In this document: one piece after another, positions 1 through 11,254 of the stretch
Layout: each line of letters begins with the position of its first letter
Numbering within the stretch: the first letter of the stretch is position 1
Assembly: GCA_052327205.1 (NCBI GenBank)
Contig: CM126208.1
Location: forward strand, 255,440,001-255,504,000
Reading direction: 5' to 3'
DNA: 64,000 bases
Origin: Somniosus microcephalus
Lineage: Eukaryota
Made by a program: the position numbers and the translations under genes
Notes under the pieces: generated by a model
The model's database searches: none
Told to the model about the DNA's origin: nothing
Seen by the model: the letters and a program-made list of their open reading frames with translations, nothing else

Positions 1-200
1 CTACAACCCTGAAAGTTGTAGTCCTGCCTCCAACCCGACTCTTGAGTTAAATTCCTGCCCATTAGTTCAGACATTCACATTGATTAAGTTGACAAAGACT
101 AGTCGCATTGAAGCCAGCCACCAACTTTGTCTTTTAACAATGGAAATTTCATCAGGATATCCTGGAGATGCAGCTGGCCTATGCCATTTTTAATTAAGAC

Positions 201-412
201 TGTAGTGTATGTAACGTTCCACCTTTAAGAGAACTATTTTAAGGGTTGCACTACTTTATCTTGGCTACTGTATACTGTAATACCGGTGGTGACCACACCG
301 GTATATAAGTGCTGTGTAAGGATTTATTGGGTAGATTCACCCTGACCTTCGAATAGTAAAGTCCTGTTAAAGTAACTCTTGTAGTCTATGTATTAATTCG
401 CCATATAACACA
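201..412 (+). mobile_element. Probable short solo LTR
   Basis: Begins TGT and ends CA; TATATAA at about 302; AGTAAA at 355-360; flanks AAGAC/CAGAC resemble a 5-bp TSD with one mismatch. Confidence 0.45.
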
Positions 413-1389
413 CAGACTTTACAAAGACAAATATCCTATTTTTTAATAATTGATCCTACGCTGGATCCTGCTGCAAGACCAATTTTCCCCCAGGAGTCTA
501 CCAATTGTACAACTGAAGCAGACTCTGAAAATTTCAGCCAAGGAACACACCATTCCTAGCCAGCAACATGCTTATGGGGCAGAGTCAGGGAAAATTGCTT
601 TAGGATAATCCAATATACCAGATCCCATCTTGTTACAAGCTGCTGATGCATTGGTAGAGTGTAGCAGTGCTCTCCTCAATGTCATCCAGACTAGGTCAGA
701 TGATCAGACCCCCTGAGTGTCCATTACCTCTTCTGCTGTGTGCCAGGGGTTCTTCCTGAGGTGGCACTGAGATCTTTAGAGATGGTAAGCCTTTGAATAA
801 CTTCTATGGAAGGGATGGGAGAACATCAGCAACAAATCATGACCTTTCTATTCAAGTCTTAATTCATTATAATAGTATCTGTTCATTTTAACACCCAGAT
901 TGACTTTGTTCTGTAATTAAACATGCTGGTGGTTCATATCAGAAAGCACACAATAATGAGCTTTCTACTTGCCTCATCAAAGCAGGATTTCATAGAGTTC
1001 TCCCTTCATTCTTGGTGGCATGAATGGGGAAAAATGGCATGTGATACTCAGTTGTCAGGTGTTTTCAGAGACACTTGGCCAAAACCAACATTACAACTGC
1101 ACATCAGGAAATTCAACAGAAAATATACAGAAATGTACCCCTTGATAAAGTCTAAATAGCAGGACGAAGTATGGTTCAGCTTCTACCTCCATGCCATAAT
1201 GCATCAATTTATCAGTTACCTGAGGAGATCTTCCAATTGTACTTCTTGAGGAGGTCAAGGGGAGAAGAGGGGCCACCTGGGTACAATACAGGGAAGATTG
1301 AACAACTGAATAGCTTCATTTTATGGACAACTACAGAAAGTTGGACATGGCATTAGTTCTAGTTGACAACAGGGGACCTCCCATAGTTA

Positions 1390-1728
1390 AAAAGTAAGTG
1401 AAAAGGCACTTACTTCCTGGATGCAGCAGTCCTCGCCTTGCTGTAGCTGGCGGGTTTCACGAGGTGTGCAAAACCCAACCAGCTACAGTTGAACACTAAA
1501 TGAAGGTTAAAGCAGAGGCTTCCAGCCTCATTATAATATTTTAATCGACAACCCACCTCCTGGCAGCGGATTGGCTGCCTGACATCCCCCCCCCCCCCCC
1601 CGTCCCGCCGCTGTTAAAACTGGAGGTGGGCGGGTTGGAGGCGGGTTCAGGTTGGGATTCACATTTTTAGCACTTTAACTACCCCCACGTTCCCAACCCA
1701 CCTGTTGTTTTGGTTAAAATTACCCCCT
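1390..1728. mobile_element. Terminal fragment of a non-autonomous PIF/Harbinger-type element
   Basis: Ends in GTTAAAATTACCCCC, matching termini at about 14675 and about 61195; subterminal GGCGGGTT/CCCGCC motifs. Confidence 0.5.
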
Positions 1729-2246
1729 TGTCTCAATATTGAGGTTGTAACCCATGACGCTGTAGTACGAGTATATTTGAAGATTACAGCAAGGCCATTT
1801 ATGACACCCTAAGTTACGGCCAGAATGGAGATGATTGGGTAATTCCCCTGTCAATCATGCCTGGAGACCGCACTGCTGTAAGTGTTTTTCACACAGCATT
1901 TGAATTAAGTAACAATTCTCCGCTCACTGCATTTTGCTGGCGAAATAATCGGGAGGCTATGTTGTAGTTTCGGCCGTGAGTTCGGTTTGCTGTAGTTCAT
2001 AGAGACTCTGTTTAAATAGACTCTGTTTGCTGTTTGCTGAGTAAATAGACTCTGTTTGCTGTAAGTATGGCCCTACCTCAAACTCATTGGCTGACAGAGT
2101 GGTGACAATACTCACTTTGGCCATTTATATTGAAATACCCTAAAACAATCTCATCTCCACTCTGACCATTAGCATAACACTGGCTAGGACTGGTGTTCCT
2201 TGGGTGAATTCTTCCAAGTATATTTTACTTACCTATGTAAAACCTT

Positions 2247-2430
2247 GGGCCTAGACATTCATCTCAGGCGGTGGGACAAAATGGGTGGTATCTGATTGGC
2301 CGCCCGTTATACACAGCGCCTGATATTCAGTTCTATTGCAGTCAACGGAACAGAACGTCAGGCACAGCGAGTAATGGGCAGCCGACCCGATACCACCTAT
2401 TTTGCACCACCGAGACAAATTTCTCGGCCC
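2247..2430. mobile_element. Palindromic MITE (Harbinger-like TIR)
   Basis: GGGCCTAGACATT...AAATTTCTCGGCCC termini; imperfect palindrome over its whole length; sister copy at 55582-55767. Confidence 0.7.
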
Positions 2431-3512
2431 GTGTCAGACTTCCTTTTCAGAGCAAGTACATCTCTGGCAAAAGATCAAAACAATTAAAGTCCAAGGACCA
2501 AATATAAAGGATAATTTACAGAAGGGATCTAGGATCGGCATGCTATCCTTTAACCTGAGCCTTGAACTTAAATCTGGCTCCGAGTGATGTGATAAGGATT
2601 TCCTCTGTATACTGGCCATAAAGGTTGTAAGTGAGGCTGCAGTCTCAAATCTATTCCTGGAGCACAAACCAAAGCACACAGTACAAAACTGAGGTGGGAA
2701 GTGAAAAATGTTTATATCGGTGCAGTAGGAATCATCTTCTGAGATTGAAACTGAAACGGATGAGGATAGATTAGAAAGAGCTATAAACTGCATCTGAACA
2801 TGGAAATGCAAATAACCTGGCTATTGAATGAGTCATATTCAAGGATTACCTCCAAAGTTATGCAGATTAGCTTGTCTGTCTGTGAGCCTTCCACAATAAA
2901 AAGTTCTGTAACTATATGAGTGATAGAGGCACATTTTATGATGCCAGAAGAAAGAATTAGGCATCTTATTCTTGAAGTCGACTAAGGTACCGTAATATTT
3001 GCAGAAACAGTTATGCTTATGAGATCTTAAAATAAATTCCACTGAGTTGAATGAAGCTACTATTATCACCTCTTGATAGATCTATTTTCATTAGGGGAAT
3101 ATCCTGAGTTCGGCTTTATGAATGTTATCTGGCATTGAAGCCTCATGTCAAACCCTTAATCCTGAATATCCGATGCTGCATTAATCCCCCTTTGACCTTA
3201 GAAGACAATACCATTCTTGGTCTTTGCCTCAGCTGAATGGATTGGTGAGTTCCATGTTAATTGCTTGAAATCCCATACAAAACTTTTATCTGGATAACAG
3301 GGATCTCTTTGGCAACAACCATGATAACAGACATTGCATAGGTTTGAAAGCGATATAGGAAAGTATCATTATGCGAACATGGTTGGGATCCTCTCCAACT
3401 AGTTCAGAAAGTGAAAAACTTTGGAACATTTGTACATTTTGCACGATTAAAAAACACAATTTTTCTGGATGACATGTGGAGCTTTGCTCCTGAGTGGGAA
3501 TGCTCACAGCCA

Positions 3513-3718
3513 TGTATAATAGCAAAATACTGCGGATGCTGGAAATCTGAAATAACAACAGAAAATGCTGGAAATACTCAGCAGGCCAGGCAGCATCCGT
3601 GGAGAGAGAAACAGAGTTAACGTTTCAGGTCTGGGACCCTTCATCATTTAGTGTTCTGATGAAGGGTCCCAGACCTGAAACGTTAACTCTGTTTCTCTCT
3701 CCACGGATGCTGCCTGGC
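3513..3718. mobile_element. Penelope-like element terminal fold-back insertion
   Basis: Perfect 62-bp inverted repeat 3585-3646/3657-3718; flanking ATGCTCACAGCCA/ATGCTCACAACCA duplication; same terminal sequence as the GIY-YIG-bearing copy at 28870-29472. Confidence 0.8.
3650..3690 (+). ncRNA. Minimal type I hammerhead-ribozyme motif (Penelope-associated)
   Basis: GTT-CTGATGA-A-[GGGTC CCA GACCT]-GAAAC-GTT-AAC: conserved core, stem II, palindromic ACGT stem III, stem I GTT/AAC. Confidence 0.6.
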
Positions 3719-3809
3719 ATGCTCACAACCAGTTTGCAAGCACTGATGGGGAAGCTTTAGGCATCTCTATTCCAAGCCAAATCTAACAGTGACTGTATTG
3801 CCTTCTTAC

Positions 3810-4222
3810 AGTGTCAGCTGTGGCTCGGTGGGTAGCACTCTTACCTCTTTAGTCAGAAAGTTGTAGGTTCAAGTCCCACTCCAGGGACTTGACCACATAA
3901 ATCTAGGCTGACACTCCGGTGGTGTGCTGCACTGTCGGAGGTGCCGTCTTTCGGATGAGATGTTAAACCGAGACCCCGTCTGCTCTCTCAGGTGGACATA
4001 AATGATCCCATGGCACTATTTCAAAGAAGAGCAGGGGAGTTATCCCTGGTGTCCTGGCCAATATTTATCCGTCAATCAACATAACAAAAACAGATTATCT
4101 GGTCATTATCACATTGCTGTTTGTGGGAGCTTGCTGTGTGCGTTTCCCACATTACAACAGTGACTACACTCCAAAAGTACTTCATTGGCTGTAAAGTGCT
4201 TTGAGACGTCTGGCAGTTGTGA
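3810..4222 (+). mobile_element. tRNA-derived DeuSINE (SacSINE1-like), near full length
   Basis: A box TGGCTCGGTGGG at about 3823; B box GGTTCAAGTCCC at 3866; Deu-domain GTGCCGTCTTTCGGATGAGA...GATCCCATGGCACTATTT; tail ending in tctttcttt. Confidence 0.8.
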
Positions 4223-4454
4223 AAGGCAAGTCTTTCTTTCTTATCACCAATTTTCAGTGTGTAGATGCCTTATACGAATCAGAGATCATTCCATCTCTCG
4301 GCATCACCTTGGCCAACTTTCAACTTTTCACTAAGAATTTTCATAGGATACCTTAGAAAGCAGTTTCAGGGATAACTCTTTTACACCTTTAACAAGCATT
4401 GATAGGCTTCCTAACGGAAAAGCTGATTAAGACCAGGAAAATTTCAGGTACAGA

Positions 4455-4720
4455 CCTCACTGTGCTGAGCTAGCTGATCTGAGCTAGACAGGATACAGGT
4501 TCTCCAATTGGCCTCTGCTGTCATGGGTTAGGGAAGAGAACATTGGCTAGGGTATGTGCGTCTTTGTGCATGTGGGGACATTAGGCGAGGACAGGTGTCA
4601 GGCGCTCTGTAGTTGAATAGCTGGCTGGCGCTCACATGGAAGATTGGCCATTTGAGAGAAATACAAGAGGGCACCTGGTATTGGTATAGCCATAAGGTAT
4701 CAATAACTTTGGGGAGAAGA
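4455..4720 (+). mobile_element. Second SINE-like family, degenerate body
   Basis: CTGTGCTGAGCTAGCTGATCT...GGGTTAGGGA motif shared with 45150-45390 and 53235-53720. Confidence 0.5.
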
Positions 4721-7700
4721 AGGGGCAGGGGGCAATATTTAAGGAAAAAATAAACATTAATATCTTGAGTTCTTTGCCAAGGGAGACATGCAGTTTATAC
4801 AACTGTGCCTTATATTACTCAAATTTCAGGGTAAGCTGATTCTATTGCCTCCAAATGTGATACTTCTGTAAGAGTACGTCATGATAGATGGAAGATATGG
4901 AAGAAATCGTCTACACACTTGTGGCTGTCGTAAATTTTATTTTTCAAATAATATACTGTACCAAATAAACTTTCCTCTTCTGCTTTTAGATCTTCCATTA
5001 GACAATAATTGAGTTTGGGATATTCTGGGTATGTTTCACTATCTCTATAAATAGGCAAATTTATATTTTCTTTTTGATCAATTATTTTGTGGCAGTGCTG
5101 GGGAATGGGACATTTTTGTCTCCGAGCATCAGCACCTAGCACTCTCTAATCCAGGGCTCCCAGTTCCTCATCCTTAATTTTTTTAACCAAGAAGTTCCTG
5201 CGTAGCTTTAAATATTTTCTTGTGAGTATTTCCTGTGTACTGCCAAAAAACTAAAACACAGTCTGTAAAGAATGGAAACATTGTGATTGTGCTGCTTTTT
5301 TAGCTGAATGACAAATCACAGTTAACTTAAACTAACAAAAAACAAACATCCTTCAGACCATGTGCAAGTCAGTGCTTTTAAGTTGGAAAGCTCCTATCTG
5401 CCAAGAGAGGATTGATCCAAGTTTGAGTTGGAGAAGTTGTCCCTGTACAGAACAAATTTTAAGGAAGGTTTTCCTGGGTGCACGCAGGAATTTTGGAGCA
5501 CCTGGGAACCCGACAATACCACTAAATGGAGAGTGCAGCTTCTCCTAGTTTATTTAATAATAGAGTAGCAGTATAATAGCAGTCTCAAGCCAGTCCCTAG
5601 TGAACACAGACAACTTCCCAAAACACTAGCATCTCACAAGAGAGGTCATAAGGTGTGGGAGTGCACTGGTGCAGTAGGAGGTGCTCTTCTGCTGTGTGCC
5701 AGGGGGTCTTCCTGAGGCGACACTGAGATCTGTACAGAGCGTAAAATATATCTTAAATAGATGCTGCTGAAACTAATTTCATGCAAGGTCCTTACAACGG
5801 TAGAAAGAGAAAACTTTCAAGGCTGGATTTAAAACCAAGTCCTAGGGGTCAAAAAGCATTGCACTAACTCACTGAACCACCTGGTCCCTAATCTCCAAAC
5901 TGCTTTAAAATTAAAAAAAAGACCTTTGTGTTTCTTGTGGGTAAAGTTAAAAAAAAGTTTTCTCTCCTCCTTTGATCTGAAGGGAAATGAGACGTGGGTG
6001 GTCTTGTTGCAGAAGTTTGTGTCAAATGCCTCCAACAGCAAAAGAACTGAAGGGAACTGCTTAGGAAGTGCTCCTGCAGTGTGCAGCAAAGAAAAGCCGT
6101 GCAGCGTGAAATCTGTTAAAAGGACAGGCATCTGTGGGATTTTCCTAATTGGCCTTGCTATTTCATCTACAATGTTTGCAACATTCCTTCATTTCATAAA
6201 AAGAGGGCAATTACGCCTAAACTTTGGAAAGTGGTTTTTTTCCCACTTTTTATCATAATTTTTTTGAAGATAACAGGAATAAACAGAATGCATTTCAACA
6301 TTCATACTGGAAAAATTATTCATACTCATATATGTCCCTCAACTAACACACAGATTGAGCTCTCCCAAACTAGTGGGTACACTTCAGTTATTTACTTAGT
6401 ACCTAATGTGCAACTGTAATAATTACAACTATCTGTATTATTGCCATTCTTCAGGGTTGAGATAGGGAAAGAAGGAATAAAATAAGGATCCCGCTAAATC
6501 CTTACTTTCCATTCATGTACAATCTTATTGTATGCTGAAATATCAAACAGTTTTAGATTAGCATACAAAGAAAGAGAATCATACATTCAGAATTGTTTTT
6601 ACTGATTGTGTCACAGCAAATAGATAATTTGCTCTAAATGTGCAATTTGCCAAAGCTTCTGTATCCAGGAAGTCTATATTAGTTCAAGCTCCCAAAGTAT
6701 AGATCCACAGGAAATGTGATGGACAACACTAAGACACAATGTGGAAGGTTTGGATCCTGCACTATGTTGATTACAGGTATTGAGTGATTATTCTTCCAAT
6801 TATGGGAGAAGTCAAGAAGCTGTGCAAGAATTCTCCATTTATTGAACTCTTGCAATCCACCCCATGAGCTTCGTGACACAGCTGGATTCCAATACTGGAG
6901 ACAGAGTGGGTGAAGTAGAAGTGGTGTAAGATTTTCAGCTGCCTATCAGAGCCTATCACTTGTGGTATCAGAATGTACAACATATAAAGACCATACCCTT
7001 TTGATCTAAATGTGGTTTAGTATCTCTACTCCATACTAATCCTACTCATTGGATTCATAGCTAAAAAAATAGGGCAAAAAGTAGTGCATCCCCCGTTGAA
7101 CCTGGCTATATTCAGCTGAGTTCAGATGCATAATGCTCAGCCAATTACAAACCACTGCGTTTTCAAACATTCTTTCTTAACTCACCATTATGGCCTAATC
7201 AGGATCTCCCACCAACAGTGAAGGGAAAATATCAGCATATGGCAAAACACAGATCTGAGGCATTTTAGAACTTCCGGGGGATGTTGTTTGATCCTACCAA
7301 TTACGTATTACAATAAGAGTTTCACTTTGAAGTGTTTTTTCAATAGCTACAGATATGATACCTCTTATTACAGCCTCCATCCTCGGAAAGTGCTTATAGA
7401 GCACTAATGATACAGAGATAGTCTTACCTGTTAATGACATTAAAGAGGCACAGTCTTCACGATAAAAAAAAGCCTTGATCAACTTTTTGCACTTCTTTGC
7501 AAAGACATGGCATAATGAAATAAATCTCATTGAATTGCATCAATGCATTTCTTGCCTGTAACATCATTGTGTAAAAAGATGCAAAGTTAATTTGGCTTTT
7601 CTTCTTTCCCAAAGAAGAAAAAAGTATTTTTGATCACCACATTGCTCCTTTAAGTTAGTTTGCCTGTCAACCAATTCATTGTTTGATATCTTCATTCAAA

Positions 7701-7882
7701 TATGTGATATTTCCACTTCACCATATGTTATCTGACAGTCTGCAAATGCTCAGCGTAGATGGAGCATAGAATTGAATGGTGCTGTGGAATAAACTTTTAA
7801 GAAACCATTTTAAAATTGTGAGGATGTCATTTAGGCCTCGCCCTTTGAATAATGTAAGAATTAACACAATTTTGGGATGTAA

Positions 7883-8117
7883 GGAAAGAAAGAAAGACTT
7901 GCATTTCTATAGCGCCTTTCACGACCACCGGATGTCTAAAAGCGCTTTACAGCCAATGAAGAACTTTTGAAGTGGAGTCACTGTTGTAATGTGGGAAACG
8001 TGGCAGCCAATCTGCGCACAGCAAGCTCCCACAAACAGCAATGTGCTAATGACCAGATAATCTGTTTTTCTTATATTGGTTGAGGGATAAATATTGGCCA
8101 GGACACCGGGGAGAACA
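7883..8117 (-). mobile_element. DeuSINE 3' half
   Basis: Reverse complement of the 3' part of 3810-4222. Confidence 0.8.
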
Positions 8118-11100
8118 ACGTATGAAACGGGCCCTTTAACCAGGGTGCTCAGGCAAGTCCCAAGTCCAGGACTTCACAATGGGACAAAATTACAGAGCCT
8201 TCACTAGGGGCTCCAACTGTAAACTATGGATCTGGGGGAGGAGAGATAGGCTAAACTAAATTAAATAATGTTATGGTTATCCTGATATTGTCTGATTGAC
8301 AACCTAGATCACAAAATATTTTTGTGTTATGGAATCCCTGCTCACAGCGCTGTCTGATTTCTTAGTTTCTGCACTCTATTTCTCTCAATGCAGCTAGTAA
8401 AATACAATAGTAAATTTTATGATTTAGCTTTCCCAACAAGGAGCCTCGCTTGACAGGATGATAGATTGGACAATCGATTACGGAGATCAGTATGCGTGAT
8501 TCTAGGTCCTCTCAATTTTTTGGTCATTGCAATTAATAACCAGAAAACTGAGCACATTGACCCTGTGTACCCAATCTGCCTTCCTGTCAAGCAAGGTTCC
8601 ATACTAGGAGTGCTAAATTGTAACATTTATCCCACATTAATGTTAGATGATGTAACGATGTGCAACTCTGGAAAGAGTACAATGCTTAGTTTGAAGATCC
8701 TACTGAATAGGAACACAGAATTTATTTAATTCTAGCTGTTGAAACTGTTACCATTTATATAAATCTTTGTATTTGTCTAATTTCAGCAAGTTTATTTGAT
8801 GGCCTCCACTGTATGCAGAATGGAATCTGCGATATTGACTGCACAACTGTTGTTGAGTCTAAGTAATCTGCTTTTGTCTTCATTAGTTCTGCCGAGCATT
8901 TCATCCTCGCCTGGTAATGAGAAGAGGGTTTTGTTGTGTGCTGAATGAATGGGGTTGTGAAGCTGTGAGACTCCTGTTACATTATATCATTTTTAGTCAC
9001 ATTGGACCTGAAATTCCCATAGGGGCCTAGGCATAAGTGGGGCTGATCCACCATCGGAAAATGGGTAGGGCCTGGTTCTAAAAAGGTTCTGCCCCATTTG
9101 CGTCTTAAGGAGAAATTCCAGTTGGGGAGGTACATGGGCGATGTGTTTAAGGTCTTTTGGGGGGGGTGAGGGGGGGGGTGGCAGGGTTGTGGAATGTTTC
9201 CACGCTTTCCCTAGGCATTCCTCCCAGTATGTCCTTTAAACACCTCAATGGAACTCATGCTAGCTGAAAGATGACACAAATCCCACTGAAGCCAGGAAAA
9301 GCCATCCAAACTGTCCCACCTAAAAGTAAACGAGCGCCTTGAAAAATGTCCCAGATGGCTCCATTGGGAACTGATGACCTTTAGGTGCCATCAAAGCGGA
9401 ATTGCTTTGACTTTTTTGCCAGCAAATCAGACAAGTGCTGCTGATATATTTTCCCCAATGTGGGAATGACCCCATCCCTGTAACTTGGGATGGGATCTAG
9501 TGCCTCCTAACTTGGGCTGCTCTGCCACACTTCAATATTTGCTGCACCCATTTCAGCAATTGTGAAGTGCCTTTCTGTCTGTGGTGTCGGAAATGCAAAA
9601 TTCAGATGATCCAGGTTCACGTAACGATGTTAGCAAAAGGTTTGACTGCAGCATCAATTAAGGTGTGTGGAGACACTGGAGGAAAAAGTGTGGGTTTTGT
9701 GCTGTGCTTGTGTGACTCCTATTCATTGAGTTCTGTTTTGCTATGGCAGCGTTGTTCTTAGAGAAGTGCTGTTTTTATGTAACCTGTGCAGTACTTTGAT
9801 ACTTTTGCAGTATCATAAGTATATACAATTTCAAAGTAGTATGAAGGAAAGTTGAATATGTTATCTAATAAGTTTATAGATCAAAACAAATGGATCAATA
9901 AGCGGAAAACCATCACAACATAGACAGTATTTATAGTTTTTCATATAATATAAAATCTTGTTTCATACTTCCTTTTAGTCCTGTGACATACAATAGCAAA
10001 AGACTTTAATCATAAACCATTACTTTTCAGCTTGTGATGAATTCTAATACATCAAAGAAATATATAAAAACAATATAATCCAGTTACAGAAATCTGTCCA
10101 GAAAGCCAGAAATAGCCAGGTCCCCTGTGCATGTAGCACAATGATGCACTGCTCTTGTTATGATTTGTGTTTTTTTTAATATAAAGTACCATTTTTCTGC
10201 TCAGTGGTTTCACAGCACTTCCTGTGACTGGACCTTGTTCCCATGAAACTAGAAGCTAATGTTTCACATTGCTTGCCCTTGCAGGGACAGCATGACTCAT
10301 GGGTCTAACGATTAACACAATCGCAATAAATTGTTTGCTGAAATATATATAGTGCTTGCTATATTCTCAATTCGTTCTGGAATGGTGGAAATACAAGATC
10401 AGAGTTGCTAAAATTAACTACAGTATTTAGTTCCAAATTTAAAAACAAAATGAAGCACAAGAAACAAGCAAACATTACAGAAATGATTTGTGTCCAACAC
10501 GCAAGAGCCAGGTATTGGGGCTACAAATCTCAGATCTGCAGTAAATATTCCTTTGGGTTCAGCATCACTGGTCACTCCTGTAAGCAGACCTCGTGTCCCC
10601 TACAAACTGGAGTGCACTTTCACCGCCCAATATTTAGTATGAAAGTGTGACCCAAGGATCATAACAAGAAGACCCCTCATTGTACATATTGAATACTATG
10701 ATCTCGTATGTGCCGCCATGCATATTTCTCCTATCTTTTGGAAGGTGGACTGATATGTATGCTAGTGAGATGAGGCCAATTGTAAACTAACAAACTAATT
10801 TATTCTTACATGACATGAATGACACAAATGTAGTTTTCCAGTGAAGATCAATCAATCCCCTTCTGGTCCTCTTTCACTAACCCATTGAACTTTCCTCCTG
10901 GTGCCCTCATTTGTTATGCAGAGCAGCTTTGTAGCACGAATACCACTCCTGATTGGGCCAGAAATTCAGTGCTTGTGCAACAGCCAGTTCTGGGGAAACA
11001 TCTGTTTTTCTGCAGGAGCGCGAGATGTCTCAAGGAGCAGCAGCCTCTGGGAAAACCTCTGCAAAAACTCAAGCACCATCTTTGCTTCAAACCACTCTGT

Positions 11101-11254
11101 CAACTCACATCGCCTGACACAAGGACTTCTACTAGTCTTCAGGGATGCTTCATTTAAAGGGACAATGCACCTTCACCTCTCATCATCATAGAATGCATGG
11201 GCTCATATGAGGGATATGTACATGCCACTCACATGCATTTAACATTGTCGTCTT

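Noticed and set aside
420-1380. Possible decayed LTR-retrotransposon internal sequence (also 2430-3500)
   Set aside because: No diagnostic RT, RNase H or integrase motif could be recovered.
2001-2065. Repeated TAGACTCTGTTT units (also a 17-bp duplication at about 57818-57856)
   Set aside because: Local slippage duplications; no regular repeat-spacer array, and the context is eukaryotic, so not CRISPR.
3820-3885. tRNA-like A and B boxes
   Set aside because: SINE head; no cloverleaf or acceptor stem, and it continues into the Deu-domain.
6650-6900. Possible Penelope RT remnant on the minus strand (IDFLD motif)
   Set aside because: Only one short motif; could not extend a convincing alignment by eye.
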